Source: Leucoraja ocellata (lineage: Eukaryota). From it: 64,000 nt of DNA. Each line of letters opens with the position of its first letter. The first letter of the stretch is position 1. Positions 13,701-24,300 of the stretch are shown here, one piece after another. The notes beneath the pieces are model-generated. The model searched no databases and was not told the DNA's origin. It worked only from the letters and a program-made list of their open reading frames with translations. The stretch is from the NCBI GenBank assembly GCA_036785375.1, contig JAWMAR010000351.1, positions 372,001 to 436,000 of the forward strand. Reading direction: 5' to 3'. The position numbers were made by a program, and so were the translations under genes.

Positions 13701-15208
13701 TCATGCTTGCGCTCTCTGGGTTATGATTTGCCGATGGTAGAGGAAGGAGAACCAGACTCTGAGTTTGAAGCTATATTGAATGCCGTTGATCCCAACCGGT
13801 GAGACTAATACATTTTGGTTTCATCACAGAGGGGGTGAAATAAGAGGGGGAAGGAAACGTGTATATGTACTTCAGAAGGGAGTGGGGAGCTTGCAAAGTA
13901 AACCACTTAAAATTAGTTATTGTAGTATACTATGTGATAATACAGTAACAGTTTCTCTAACTATTTTCAATGCCAGTAAAACTAGATTTATTTAAAAAAT
14001 ATATTCATATTTTAATCCTTGCATTGATGATTACTTTGTGTTATTTGCAGAGATGGATACGTTTCACTACAGGAATACATGGCCTTTATGATCAGCAGAG
14101 AAACGGAGAACGTTAAGTCTAGTGAAGAAATTGAGAGTGCTTTCCGTGCCCTCAGCTCAGAAGGAAAACAATTTGTCACACGTGAAGAATTGTATCAGGT
14201 ACTGCAACACATATACAAGATGTTTGTGATCAATAATAGAATCGTACAGCACAGAAATTTCTCCTCACATCCGCTAATACTTTACGTAATGGACCCATAT
14301 CCCTTTGTACTTTTAAAATACTTGTCCAAACATCTTATAAATTTTGTAATTTTATCTGCCTCCGTCACCTCTTATCGTAGCTTGTTCCAGAGAGCCACCA
14401 ACATCTGAAAACCTACACCTCAGACACACCATGCTCGCTAGGTTTAGACTCCTCAGTGCTGGGCAATGGACTGTCCTATCTATGCCTCTCATCATTTTAT
14501 GAACTTCCATAAGGGCACCCATCTAATCTCGTATTACTACAGCTTTCCATTCCAGGCAATATTTTGGTAAATTACTTTTGCACTCTCTATTGCAAGCACA
14601 TCTTTCCTGTAAATTGGCAATCAAAACTCTTAAGTGCAGTCTACAGCTGATTTGGACAATTGCAATATGACATCCCAGCCCGTGCTCAATGCCTTGGCCT
14701 ACGAAGCCAGGCTTGACTCTCCTGTCCTTTTTGGAAAAAGTGGAGAACTCCAGTCGTCTGGTGCCTCTCAAATGGCAAATGAAGCAAAAATCTGTCAGAA
14801 CCCCAACACTGTCCTCTATCTAAAACAAAACAATTAGACCATTAGAGCATGGAAGTTGTAATTCTAATAGGAACAAGTTGGTAGTGATTGATGGCACTCA
14901 TGATTCCAATAATGTCACTTTGATTCTACTACTGAACTTTGCTGTACTCAACCAGATTGTTTTAATATTGAATCCAGACTATTTGTAGGAGAAGCTCATT
15001 GTTCACTGAATCTAGTAAAACTCTATGATGAACATATTACAATTTTGTCTAGATCGAGTCAATGATTCTTTTTTCTTTCTAGAACCTGTCCAGGGAGCAG
15101 GCCGATTATTGCCTCTCGCACATGAAGCCGTATACAGATAGCAAAGGCAGAGAGATTCCTTCGGCCTTCGACTATGTGGAATTCACACGATCGCTGTTTG
15201 TGAACTAA
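1522..15208 (+). CDS. SPTAN1: SPTAN1 (alphaII-spectrin) 3' part: last spectrin repeats plus EF hands; gene begins upstream of the window
   Basis: Phase-consistent GT-AG exons translate to [14 protein letters not shown]...[14 protein letters not shown], near-identical to the recalled vertebrate alphaII-spectrin C-terminus. Confidence 0.98.
2193..2489 (+). CDS. SPTAN1: SPTAN1 exon ([11 protein letters not shown]...LQKIIK)
   Basis: ttccacag|CTT ... AAG|gtatgt; 297 nt. Confidence 0.95.
3623..3735 (+). CDS. SPTAN1: SPTAN1 exon ([10 protein letters not shown]...WLQETR)
   Basis: taacag|GAA ... ACA AG|gtgagg; 113 nt. Confidence 0.95.
4289..4582 (+). mobile_element. tRNA-derived V-SINE (HE1-like)
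   Basis: A/B-box-like head, V-domain GTGTGGAATTTGCATTCTCCC..., 3' GGGCTGAAGGCCCTGTTTCC. Confidence 0.8.
5105..5122 (+). CDS. SPTAN1: SPTAN1 18-nt microexon (TYLLDG)
   Basis: tctacag|G ACA TAC CTA CTG GAT GG|gttaat supplies the residues between QETR and SCMVEE; phase 2-2. Confidence 0.9.
6555..6617 (+). CDS. SPTAN1: SPTAN1 63-nt alternative cassette exon ([21 protein letters not shown]), cardiac-type insert
   Basis: ttttcctattag|C ATA GCG ... GGA AG|gttttt; phase 2-2; matches the recalled 21-aa mammalian alphaII cardi+ insert. Confidence 0.85.
7969..9216 (-). mobile_element. Tc1-family DNA transposon, internally deleted, in a SPTAN1 intron
   Basis: TA|CAGTGCC...GGCACTG|TA; long TIRs with an inner direct repeat; transposase remnant with paired-like HTH and GRPRK (8566-8874) and [12 protein letters not shown] (about 8345-8385). 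Confidence 0.95.
9975..10165 (+). mobile_element. Degenerate V-SINE (HE1-like)
   Basis: GCGTGGAGTTTGCACGTT...CTGGTTTCCACTCTCATCCC. Confidence 0.6.
10745..10970. repeat. Inverted pair of Penelope-like terminal repeats
   Basis: GGAGTAACTCAGCGGGTCAGGCAGCAT...ATGCTGCCTGACCCGCTGAGTTACT arms around decayed hammerhead cores. Confidence 0.75.
11110..11253 (+). mobile_element. CR1 LINE 3' end
   Basis: GGCTCGAAGGGCCGAATGGCCTACTCCTGCACCTATTTTCTATG tail, shared with the copy at 30300. Confidence 0.75.
11450..11504 (+). CDS. SPTAN1: SPTAN1 exon ([18 protein letters not shown])
   Basis: catcag|G TCT ... AAG|gtatgg; 55 nt. Confidence 0.93.
12110..12660 (+). mobile_element. Rex1/Babar-like LINE 3' end with TA/CA microsatellite
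   Basis: [30 protein letters not shown] motif, shared with the ORF at 50656-50934. Confidence 0.7.
12781..12977 (+). CDS. SPTAN1: SPTAN1 exon (RKHQEIRAM...QQIQAR)
   Basis: ttcacag|AGA ... GCC AG|gtaaac; 197 nt. Confidence 0.95.
13516..13569 (+). CDS. SPTAN1: SPTAN1 exon ([18 protein letters not shown])
   Basis: tatag|G AAC ... TTC AA|gtaagt; 54 nt. Confidence 0.95.
13652..13798 (+). CDS. SPTAN1: SPTAN1 exon, EF-hand ([18 protein letters not shown]...VDPNR)
   Basis: ctcccag|G CAT ... AAC CG|gtgaga; 147 nt. Confidence 0.95.
14051..14198 (+). CDS. SPTAN1: SPTAN1 exon ([13 protein letters not shown]...EELYQ)
   Basis: ttgcag|A GAT ... CAG|gtactg; 148 nt. Confidence 0.95.
15083..15208 (+). CDS. 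SPTAN1: SPTAN1 terminal coding exon ([10 protein letters not shown]...RSLFVN*)
   Basis: tttctag|AAC ... AAC TAA. Confidence 0.96.
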   Translation, partial: NLSREQADYCLSHMKPYTDSKGREIPSAFDYVEFTRSLFVN

Positions 15209-15479
15209 GCTTCCAAAATCTAGACTTACCTGCTACCAGTTATTCTGCATGACCCTGCCTAACTTCCATGCACCTATAAACTGTGCAGCAAGACTACAAT
15301 TAATCGGTTTGCTTGTGCTTTGCCTGAAAACTTTTTTTTACTCTGTACTCTTTACTGTAGTGTGCTGAAAACATTAAATACTTACTGATTCAAACTGAGA
15401 AATGGTGATATTATTCAATGACTGGGGAAACACTGCATTGGAGTTCCTTCCTAAGTCGAGCCTTTTTTCAGATTTTCAC

Positions 15480-15485
15480 AATAAA
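15480..15485 (+). terminator. Candidate SPTAN1 polyadenylation signal AATAAA
   Basis: First AATAAA, about 270 nt after the stop; a variant ATTAAA also occurs at 15373. Confidence 0.6.
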
Positions 15486-15681
15486 ACAATTGAATATACA
15501 TTGCCACCCATCAACTTGCAGCTGCCCAGAGGTGAGATGGTGGTGGGTGGGGGAGAAATAATGTGGTGGTATGCTGCAAGAGGAAAATAGTAGCTAGCAA
15601 GAGCAAGGGAAATGAGTTAATGCACAAGACACTTTGTATAAAATATAATATTTTTAGGGGTTCATTTGCAATAAGTTTTGA

Positions 15682-15939
15682 CATACAGCATGGAAACTGG
15701 CCCTTTGGCCCACCGAATCAGCCCTGATCTGCGACACACTAACACTATTCTACACACACTAGGGACAATCCGCAATTTTACCATGCCAGTGTGGGACGAA
15801 ACTGGACTTCTCGGAGAAAACCCACACAGGTCAAGGAAAGAAAGCACAAAATCCGTATAGACAGCACCCGTAATCAGGATCGAACCCGGCTCTCTGGCGC
15901 TGTAAGGCAGCAACTCTACCGCTGCGCCATCATACCGCC
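15682..15939 (-). mobile_element. V-SINE (HE1-like) between SPTAN1 and DYNC2I2
   Basis: Reverse-complement tRNA head (GGTAGAGTTGCTGCCTTACAGCGCCAGAGAGCCGGGTTCGATCC), V-domain and 3' tail. Confidence 0.8.
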
Positions 15940-16159
15940 TACTTTGGATACTTGTACTAATACTTAGCTTAACAGTTCTGGAATGCAAACAGTGGTATTA
16001 CATTGAAACTAATAGGAAACAGGTGTTTTAAGAGTTTGCTTAGCACAGGTACAATAGAGTCGTTATCTTCTATGCATAGTTCTTATAACTTTGTTGCACA
16101 TGTGTGAGGATGCCATTGCATTTGTTTTGCTAACCAGATGGGGAGAAGACCCTCTGAGC

Positions 16160-16540
16160 ATTTGACAGCTCTGGGCCTGTACTCACTGGAGTTTAGAACG
16201 ATGATGGGGAATCTCATTGAAAATGACCAAATAATGAAAGGTCTGGATAAAGTAGATATGAGGAGGATATTTCCGCTACTGGGAGTCTAGAGCTTCATAA
16301 TAAAAAGACATGCCTTTAGAAAGGAGATGAGGAATTTCTTCAGCCAGAGGGCGGTGAAACGGAAATTCATTGTTAGACTGTGTGTAGGCATCGTAAAGGC
16401 TCTTGAATAGTAAAGGTTGAAGGTTATGGGGAGAAAGGAGGACAATGGGGTTGAGAAGGCAATATAGATCAGCCATGATTGAATAGTGGAGTAGACTCAA
16501 TGGGTTGAATAGCCTAATTATGTTCCTACAACTTATGAGT
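16160..16540 (+). mobile_element. Old CR1 LINE 3' fragment
   Basis: Decayed LGLYSLEFR-type coding sequence and CR1-type 3' UTR. Confidence 0.65.
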
Positions 16541-17270
16541 ATTGCAATAGCAAAGCAGATTCTGGATCAAAATGCAAGCCAAAAAAAAGATTCATAAAAT
16601 GGACTCCTACTAAGGTAATATTGGTCAAAACCATCTAGTAGCACTTGCTCACCAATTTAGCCAGTTTGGGTTTTGCCACGAGCTGCAAAATGTGGACCAG
16701 GAGCTAAATACTAGAGCTGAGGGAAAACGCAAGTGCTCACGTTGTATCTAGACACAAGATGATTGAGTGTCAACAAGGAGCCCTGCTAAATACCGACCTC
16801 AGTAGATATCAAGCAAAGGCCACTTAGCCAAGTCATACCTCGCACAAAGAACGATGGTTATGGTAGGTGGCGACGATTCAACCAGTTCCAGAATATCAAT
16901 AATAGTTCCAGCCATTGACCTTCTGTCATAAAATCAGTGCAATTGTTTCCATGTCTCCAAAATAACTGAACAAAACTATTACATTCAAATCAGTACAAGT
17001 CAGGATACTTGAATGGGCAAGAGGTGGTTGTAGTCTGCCCTGCAAAGCCATGGTGACCAGTCTAATCCTGAAACTGGCCAGAGAATGGATTTGTCCAAAA
17101 GCTACTAACCAAAATCTAGCAGTCATTGTAATAAGAACTTTCTTTTTTAAACTTTGCTACTGCTAGGCAGTGCCGTATGGCCAATTGAATCCAACAGTCA
17201 ATGTCATGAGATTGAATAAACAGCCAGTTTCATAAGCTTCAAAAAACACAATTTTAGCTAATATTAAATT

Positions 17271-17314
17271 AAATACACAGACAACACATAAATTGAACAT
17301 TTGATATTTTTAAT
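17271..17314 (-). terminator. Candidate DYNC2I2 poly(A) signal ATTAAA plus GU-rich downstream element
   Basis: Minus-strand ATTAAA at 17314-17309, followed by TTTATGTGTTGTCTGTGTATTT. Confidence 0.5.
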
Positions 17315-18109
17315 AAAAATTATTACATCTTGAAATGCAAGGATGTTACAGCTCAGATCATTTTGTTCTTCACTTATTACAGCACTGAAATTATTTAGAC
17401 CTCATCCAAAGAGAAATCTTGAAGTGTATTTAGTGCAAGGTCAGTTTATAAATCCATTAGATTTTTACCCATTCCACCAATTTCTCTTGATTGGGTCAAC
17501 TCTGAAAAGCAGCACAGCACGAAGCCTTGAAAATTAGAATAAACGTGCTACAATGTTAGGGTGGAAATTCCAAACTGCTTTCAGTTTTGTAATGAATTGA
17601 CAGGAAATGCTAACAGCATTGTCATTATGCCAGCGAGTATTTTTCTCACCCAGTGATTGAGTGGTTTTCAATGAGAGGACGTTGTAATTTTGAACTGAAT
17701 TCCACTTCTCTCATGAAATACATGTAGATATTTAGGGATCTTGACCGTCCTGATCCAGTTCTGCAAGGCCCTGCAAATCTCCTTTTCTTACCAGACATGC
17801 GTGCAAAAGTAAAAATCAATCAAATGGTAATAAGAGGATTCTCCATAATGCTGGATGGGAACACCCAATTTAAAAAGGCTGGATGAGTTGCTGCTCATGT
17901 ATGCTTGACCCAAGGAATTACAATTCTTGTTCATAAATACTTTGTATCTGCCGTAAAAAAATATTACGAATAAGTGTTAAGCTGTAAATAAATCAATATT
18001 AACATTTTAAATAATAAGAAAATATGCTAAATCAGTTGATGATGTATAATCTCACAATCCTAGAGATGGGGTAAATTTCCCCAAAGCATCTCACTCGGTC
18101 TTTAGTCAA

Positions 18110-18348
18110 TCAATCTGCTACTTCATTAGCAAGCTGCTCGAGTAGATTCATCTCTCTTGGTCCTTGCTTCATCAGTTCAGCACTCAGCTGCCAGATTTTG
18201 ACACTTCCTTCCGCATTACCAGCTGCAAGAAGCTGTGGTTGTTTTGGATTAAAAGCCAGGCAGTAAACTGGTTGGTTCTCTGCACACTGCTCAATAGAAA
18301 CCGAGGGACATAGAGAGCTCTGCCCCAGGTCAAAAATCAACACCGTTC
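18110..18348 (-). CDS. DYNC2I2: DYNC2I2 terminal exon (TVLIFDL...NEVAD*)
   Basis: ccaacag|GA ACG ... GAT TGA; 239 nt. Confidence 0.93.
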
Positions 18349-21300
18349 CTGTTGGAATAAGAAACAAAATTTCCACTCAATCTTTAAAGGTAAAATATCT
18401 GTCAACATAATAATGCATTTCTGCTGACCCACTTTAGTAGCATGTTCTCACCTTCTTCCCATGGCCCTGGTTCCCTTTGGCAACAATAAATATACCTGCT
18501 GGCTGCAGCATATATTTATTGACTTCATTTAATGACTATTGTTTTCTATGGGAGAAATTGCCACAAGTTCATCACCCTCTCATGAAGCAGTTTTTCCTAA
18601 TTTCAAGTCTCTTATCCTGAGGCTAGTTCTGAACACTGTCACCATAAGGAACATTCTTTCTAGTTCTGTTGGAGTTTTATAGGGGTTTCCAAAGGTCTTA
18701 TTGTCACGTGTACAAATTAAGGTACAGTGATATCCATTCTCTCATTCTTTTATACTCCAGTGAATTTAGGCTCAACTATACCAATCACTTCTAATGGAGT
18801 AGGTGCTGCCATCCTGGAAATCAGTAAAGGAAGCATTCGTTGCACACCCTCCATGACAAGTGTCCTTCTTTTGATGTGGCGACCAAAACTACACACTAAG
18901 CTCCAGATGGGGTCTCACCAAGCCCATTACATCTGCAGCAACACATCTTCGCTCCAGTTCTCAAATCTTGCAATGGAGACCAATGCTGCCTTTGATGCCA
19001 AACGTTGAGGTGCAGCAAGAAGATTGCCTTGTTAACTATTTCCTGCACTTAAACTTTTGTTTTCATTGACTGCTGTATTATGAAACAGAGATCTTGCGCA
19101 TTCTCTTTTTCACAATTATCACCATACAAATAATAGCATCCTATTTGTACAACCAAATTGGATAATCTCAGTTATCCACATTAAACTGGATATGCCATGC
19201 ATTTACCCACTCATCCAACTTGTATAAATCACATAGGTATCTCTTTGCTTCCTCTTCAAACCTCACTTTTCCTCCCAGCACACTAACCTTTGGTACAGGA
19301 CCGTATCAAAAGCCTTTTGATAAATTCAAATGCACCACATCCACTAGTTCTACCTTATCTATTTGACTAGCTACATCGTGAAAAATTACAACTCCAGTAA
19401 TTTGTTCATTTCCTTTTCTTTACTCACGCACACTCTATAATGCCTTTCCTAGCGATCAAGTTGGATGTAAGATAAATTTCGACTGACATGAGACAACAAT
19501 CACAAAAGCCCAGGCTCATAGCAAAGTTTATGGAGGCAATCTCCCATAATCTGCAAAAAGGTTATCCTTTATTGAATACATTAAACAGTAAATACCAGAA
19601 AAGATCCAACCTACTGTTAACCGGTGATCAAAAACTTGATAAAAGTTATAGATTTCAAAGGATATCTTAAAAGAGGGAGAAAGGAGAGGAATGGAAATTC
19701 AGAGGCTAGAAGCTTTAAGCAATTTAAAGCACAGTTGTTGATAAATAAAAGTTCACAAAAGACCAAAACTGGATGAAGAGATTTGAGAGGGAGGAAGTTG
19801 CTGTGATAGGGAAGGTGAAGGCATAAAGGGATTTGACAACTTAGATAAAATCTCAAGTCAGTGTACATCTCGCAGCACAGGAGTGACCTGAAAGCCTTTG
19901 TGAAAAATATAACTTGGATTTATATATAGCATTTCTTACCAATTAGTTGCAGTGGGAGGAATCCAGAGCTAACATGCTTCAGGTTCTGTTTCTTGATCCA
20001 GAATGTATGTCACAGGAATGTGGTAACTGAATGGTTAAATTACTGACTCAGCATCAAGAACCTGGACCATTATTCTAGGGACAGGAGTTTAAATCCCACC
20101 CATGGCAACTGAGGAATTAAACTCAAGTAACCTATAACCAAGCATCGATCATGAATCTACAGGTTATCATTTAATAAAAAGTCAGTTCAAGAAATGAAAT
20201 CCACTTTTTCGAACCCAATCTGCCCTATAGCCCAACTCATTAACGTAATTGACTCTTGACAGCTTCCTCACTTCGGGATAGTACCTCTGCACCTAATGAA
20301 TGAATAAACAAAAAATTCACCACCAAAGTTAAACCCAAACTTTTAAAGGATCACAGCACTTACCCTCTCCTGTGGCTGCAGCAAATACAAGAGGCCGGAC
20401 TGAAGACCAGCAAACACTGAAGAGATAAGTTTGAGATAGCTGAAGAGAAAGAATGGGCTTGGCTTGCAACATGGAGTACAGATGAACGTGTCCATCAGTG
20501 CCAGCAGTGAGAAAGAGGTTTCTGCGAGAAGAACAACATTGAAAATATATGCATTGGATAAATACCCAATTTTACAGATAATGTATAGGACTAATTCAAT
20601 TTACCAGAAATCTGTATTCTTATTTTCACATCGTATCTTAAAATGCCTTAAAATTGTTCCAATGATAGAAATATAATAGCCATCTTGTGTATGCACAATG
20701 ATCAGATGATCCATTCATTGGACATCGAGGTTACAATCAGATCACCCAGGTTTTTATTTAATGGCAGAGCAAGCTTGAGGAATCAAGTGACCCATTTGCT
20801 CCTAAATTGTATTATCTCATGGAATAATTTCAATCGCCTGAGGGGAGGCTTCAAAGTGGGATTTTCCCAATTTTTATATCCCTTCTGGTAATCTACCATT
20901 CATTGTTCATAAACAGACCTGTGAAATGGTGAGCAAGCAACAGCATGTACAGGACCACAGTGCGGGGAGAAGGTGAACAGGGCTGGCGCCTTCAATGGAA
21001 TGGAACCAGAGCTCAGCGATGCAAGAGTCAGAACCTCTGTTGAACACTTCAGCACATAGCCGCCCTCCACACCAGCAATGAACACAGTCTTGTCCAGATG
21101 AGAGAAAGAGAGAGCAGTCACACCAAAAGAAGTGCTCCCACGTACCTGGGGATGAGTTAAAAGATACAAAAAGGCTATAAGAAAAAGGTTTACTTTGTAT
21201 AACTGGTCAACTCAAGCTTCTATAATTAGACTCCAGGTATAGCATTCCTATACACAAAATGTTGGAAACACTCATCAGGTCAAACGACACATGTAGAGCA

Positions 21301-24300
21301 TAAAACAGGTTTTAAATTTCAGGTCAATTTCTGGTGCTCTCATCAGTTTCCCCCGTCACAGATGTGTTGGTGAATCTAATGAGCATTTCCAAATTTTGTT
21401 TTTTTAATCTCAAATTTTACACAACTGCAGCATTTCTCTTTTAGTTTTCAGAATGGCTGATTTCCTGAAAGTGTGATGTTTTGCTTTTCTTTTCAAACTT
21501 GGTTATAAACTGCCATGTTGAAAAATAATTGATAAAAAAGGAAATAATATTCACCTATCACCAAGTCTTTTCCAGTCATATCTACCCTGTAGGGTTATCT
21601 CAAGTCAAATGAATAATGTCTCGGCTCATAATTATCAGATCCCTAAATTTGAGTCCAAATACTAGTGTAGATCTACAAATGCAGATCTGAGCACACGAGG
21701 TAAAAAAGCAATGCAATGATTTTCTAGACGACAGGTATCAGCAAGCATCTGATTATGAACAAGTAAACGTGTCTCCATTGGAATAACTGAAAAGCTTGCA
21801 GCCAGGTTGTTGAGGTAAAATTCTGATGATATTCTGCTTCTGTGGTTGCCAAATTTCAGACGTGGAAGCAACAATCTGCCAGCTTTGGGAGAACGTCAAA
21901 CTCAATTTCAACATCGAATAACATTACAAAGACTGCTCGCCTTAAGTTTGACATTGCGTGGCATCTGCTGAACGACAAGAGCAAATCCATCCTGCAGTAC
22001 TAATTGACCTTTGCCATCCATCGCCCAGTTGAGAATCTTTCCATCCGTACTCGCACTCAGAAGATTAATTCTGTTGCTGCGACTCAAACTCTGGTTCCAC
22101 TGCACCTGTTTTGGGAGGGAACAGACATGTTTTATACTTAAAACTCACCACAGGTTAAACATTAGTGAAAGAAAATAATGTGACTCTTCCTCCTCCTCCT
22201 CTCAATGGTGTCTAGTGGATAATATTATTCCAATAAAAAACAGATGTCCATCACCATCATCTTGCGCTCATCCAATTCTAACTGCAATCAATTTGCACCA
22301 AGACCCTTTCACCCATTACCCCTATAATCACCGACTTTCTAGGTTCCAGGTACAGACCTCAAGCAACCTACTGCTTCCACCATAGCATTACACTCTCCAT
22401 GCCTGCTCTCAACTATTCCCTTCTCGAAGGTACACAAAAATGCTGGAGAAACTCAACGGGTGCAGCAGCATCTATGGAGCAAAGGAGATAGGCAACGTTT
22501 CTGGCCGAAGCGTTGCCCATCTCATTTGCTCCATAGATGCTGCTGCACCCGTTGAGTTTCTCCAGCATTTTTGTGTACCTTCGATTTTCCAGCATCTGCA
22601 GTTCCTTCTTAAACACTATTCCCTTCTCCACAATTACAGCAGCCATGCCTTCAGTTGCCTCAGCCCCAAGGTGAGCAACTCACTCTGCCTATGTTGTTGT
22701 CTTGTTTTAAATCCCTCCTAAAATAATTTCATGGGCTTGAAAAAACGGAATTTCCATCACACTAAAAATATTCTAGCAATGGTGATGTCAACATAAATGC
22801 TGGTGTGGAAAGTGTGAGGCACTGAATTTATATTCGATTCAATCACATTGAAGATCTGGAATATAGTTAAAGCAATATTAAAGCAGCAAAGGGAAAGCCA
22901 AGATGTTGAAAATGGCCCAGACTAAACATTTTACCTGATAAACAGGCTCACGGTGAGTATCTTCAGATATTCCTGATCTAGCAATTAATGGATCATCAGT
23001 TTTACTGCAGTTCCACACTAACACCTCTCCATTGTAAAGCCCACCTGAAGAAAACATATACATTTAGATTACAATCTTTTCCTAACCTTAGTTGATTAAT
23101 ACTGATATACAAAATGTCATGAAATACCAATGTATTGGCCAGTAAGTTGAATGCTAGGTCAGACCTAGGCTGGACATATAGGATACAGCCCAGTTTAAGT
23201 TGAGTGCAACAAACTACAGAACTGGATAATCTTGCTGTAAGATATTGCATCTTTGGAATGTGGGAGTCTTTTTATAAAGTCAGCACTCAATTCATGCCAC
23301 CTGTCTTCTTGAATCTCTGCAATCCATGTGCAGGAGTTTCCACTGTACACTTTATCTATGGGGTGTCAGGATTTTGATCCAGTGGAGATGAAGTAACATA
23401 ACAAAAACAGGAGCTGGAATAGGCTATCGAACTCTTGAAGCTGTTCCAACACTCAAGAATCGAATCTTGGCTTTAATGCCACATTTATGCATTGTCACCA
23501 TGCCTCCTTTCCTGTAGGGTTCAAATCCCTACTAATTGAATATGCTCGGTGATTGTATCGTCATGCTCTCTGGGGTATGGAATCCCAAAGAGACAACTCT
23601 CAGAGCCCTCAGAGAAATATCTCATCTCCATCGTAAATTGGTATACAGACCTCATTCTGAAACAATGCTCACTCATTCCAGATAACTACACTAGGGGATC
23701 CTCTGCACCATTCTGTTAGAACCTCTCAAATATACATTTAAATAAAATTCCCATTCTTCCACACTTATATTGTAGGGGCACCCTCTTCATGTCACCAGCA
23801 TCATCCCAGGTTCAACTCAACAAACCGTCACTGTACTGTCTGCAATGCAAGTGTATCGCTCTTTAAATATGGAAACCAAAATTGTAAGTAATACTTCAGG
23901 TGCTGTCTCACCAACGCTCTGTAAATTTCAATTAAAGGTTCCCTACTTTTACACTCCATACCACTAGCAATAAAGGGCAACATTCAATAATCCATGCTAA
24001 GTACTTTTCACAAACACATACCAACTCTTGATTTTCATGCACCAATACACAAGAATCACTGCTCCTCCATAATGAACAACTTGGAAGTAGTGAAAGTATG
24101 GAATGGAATACTTTATTGTCACATGTGGCTAGGCACAATGAAAGTCTTTGTTTGCATACCCAACGTATACAAATAGCAGCCACCTACAGCACTGACAAAG
24201 TTACAGAGCACGCCGGCTCCTCCTTTTGTTCTTCCCCCCTCCCCCACAGTGGCCCCCCCCACGTCGGGTCCCCATTGTCCTTTGTTCTCCCCCCCTCCCC

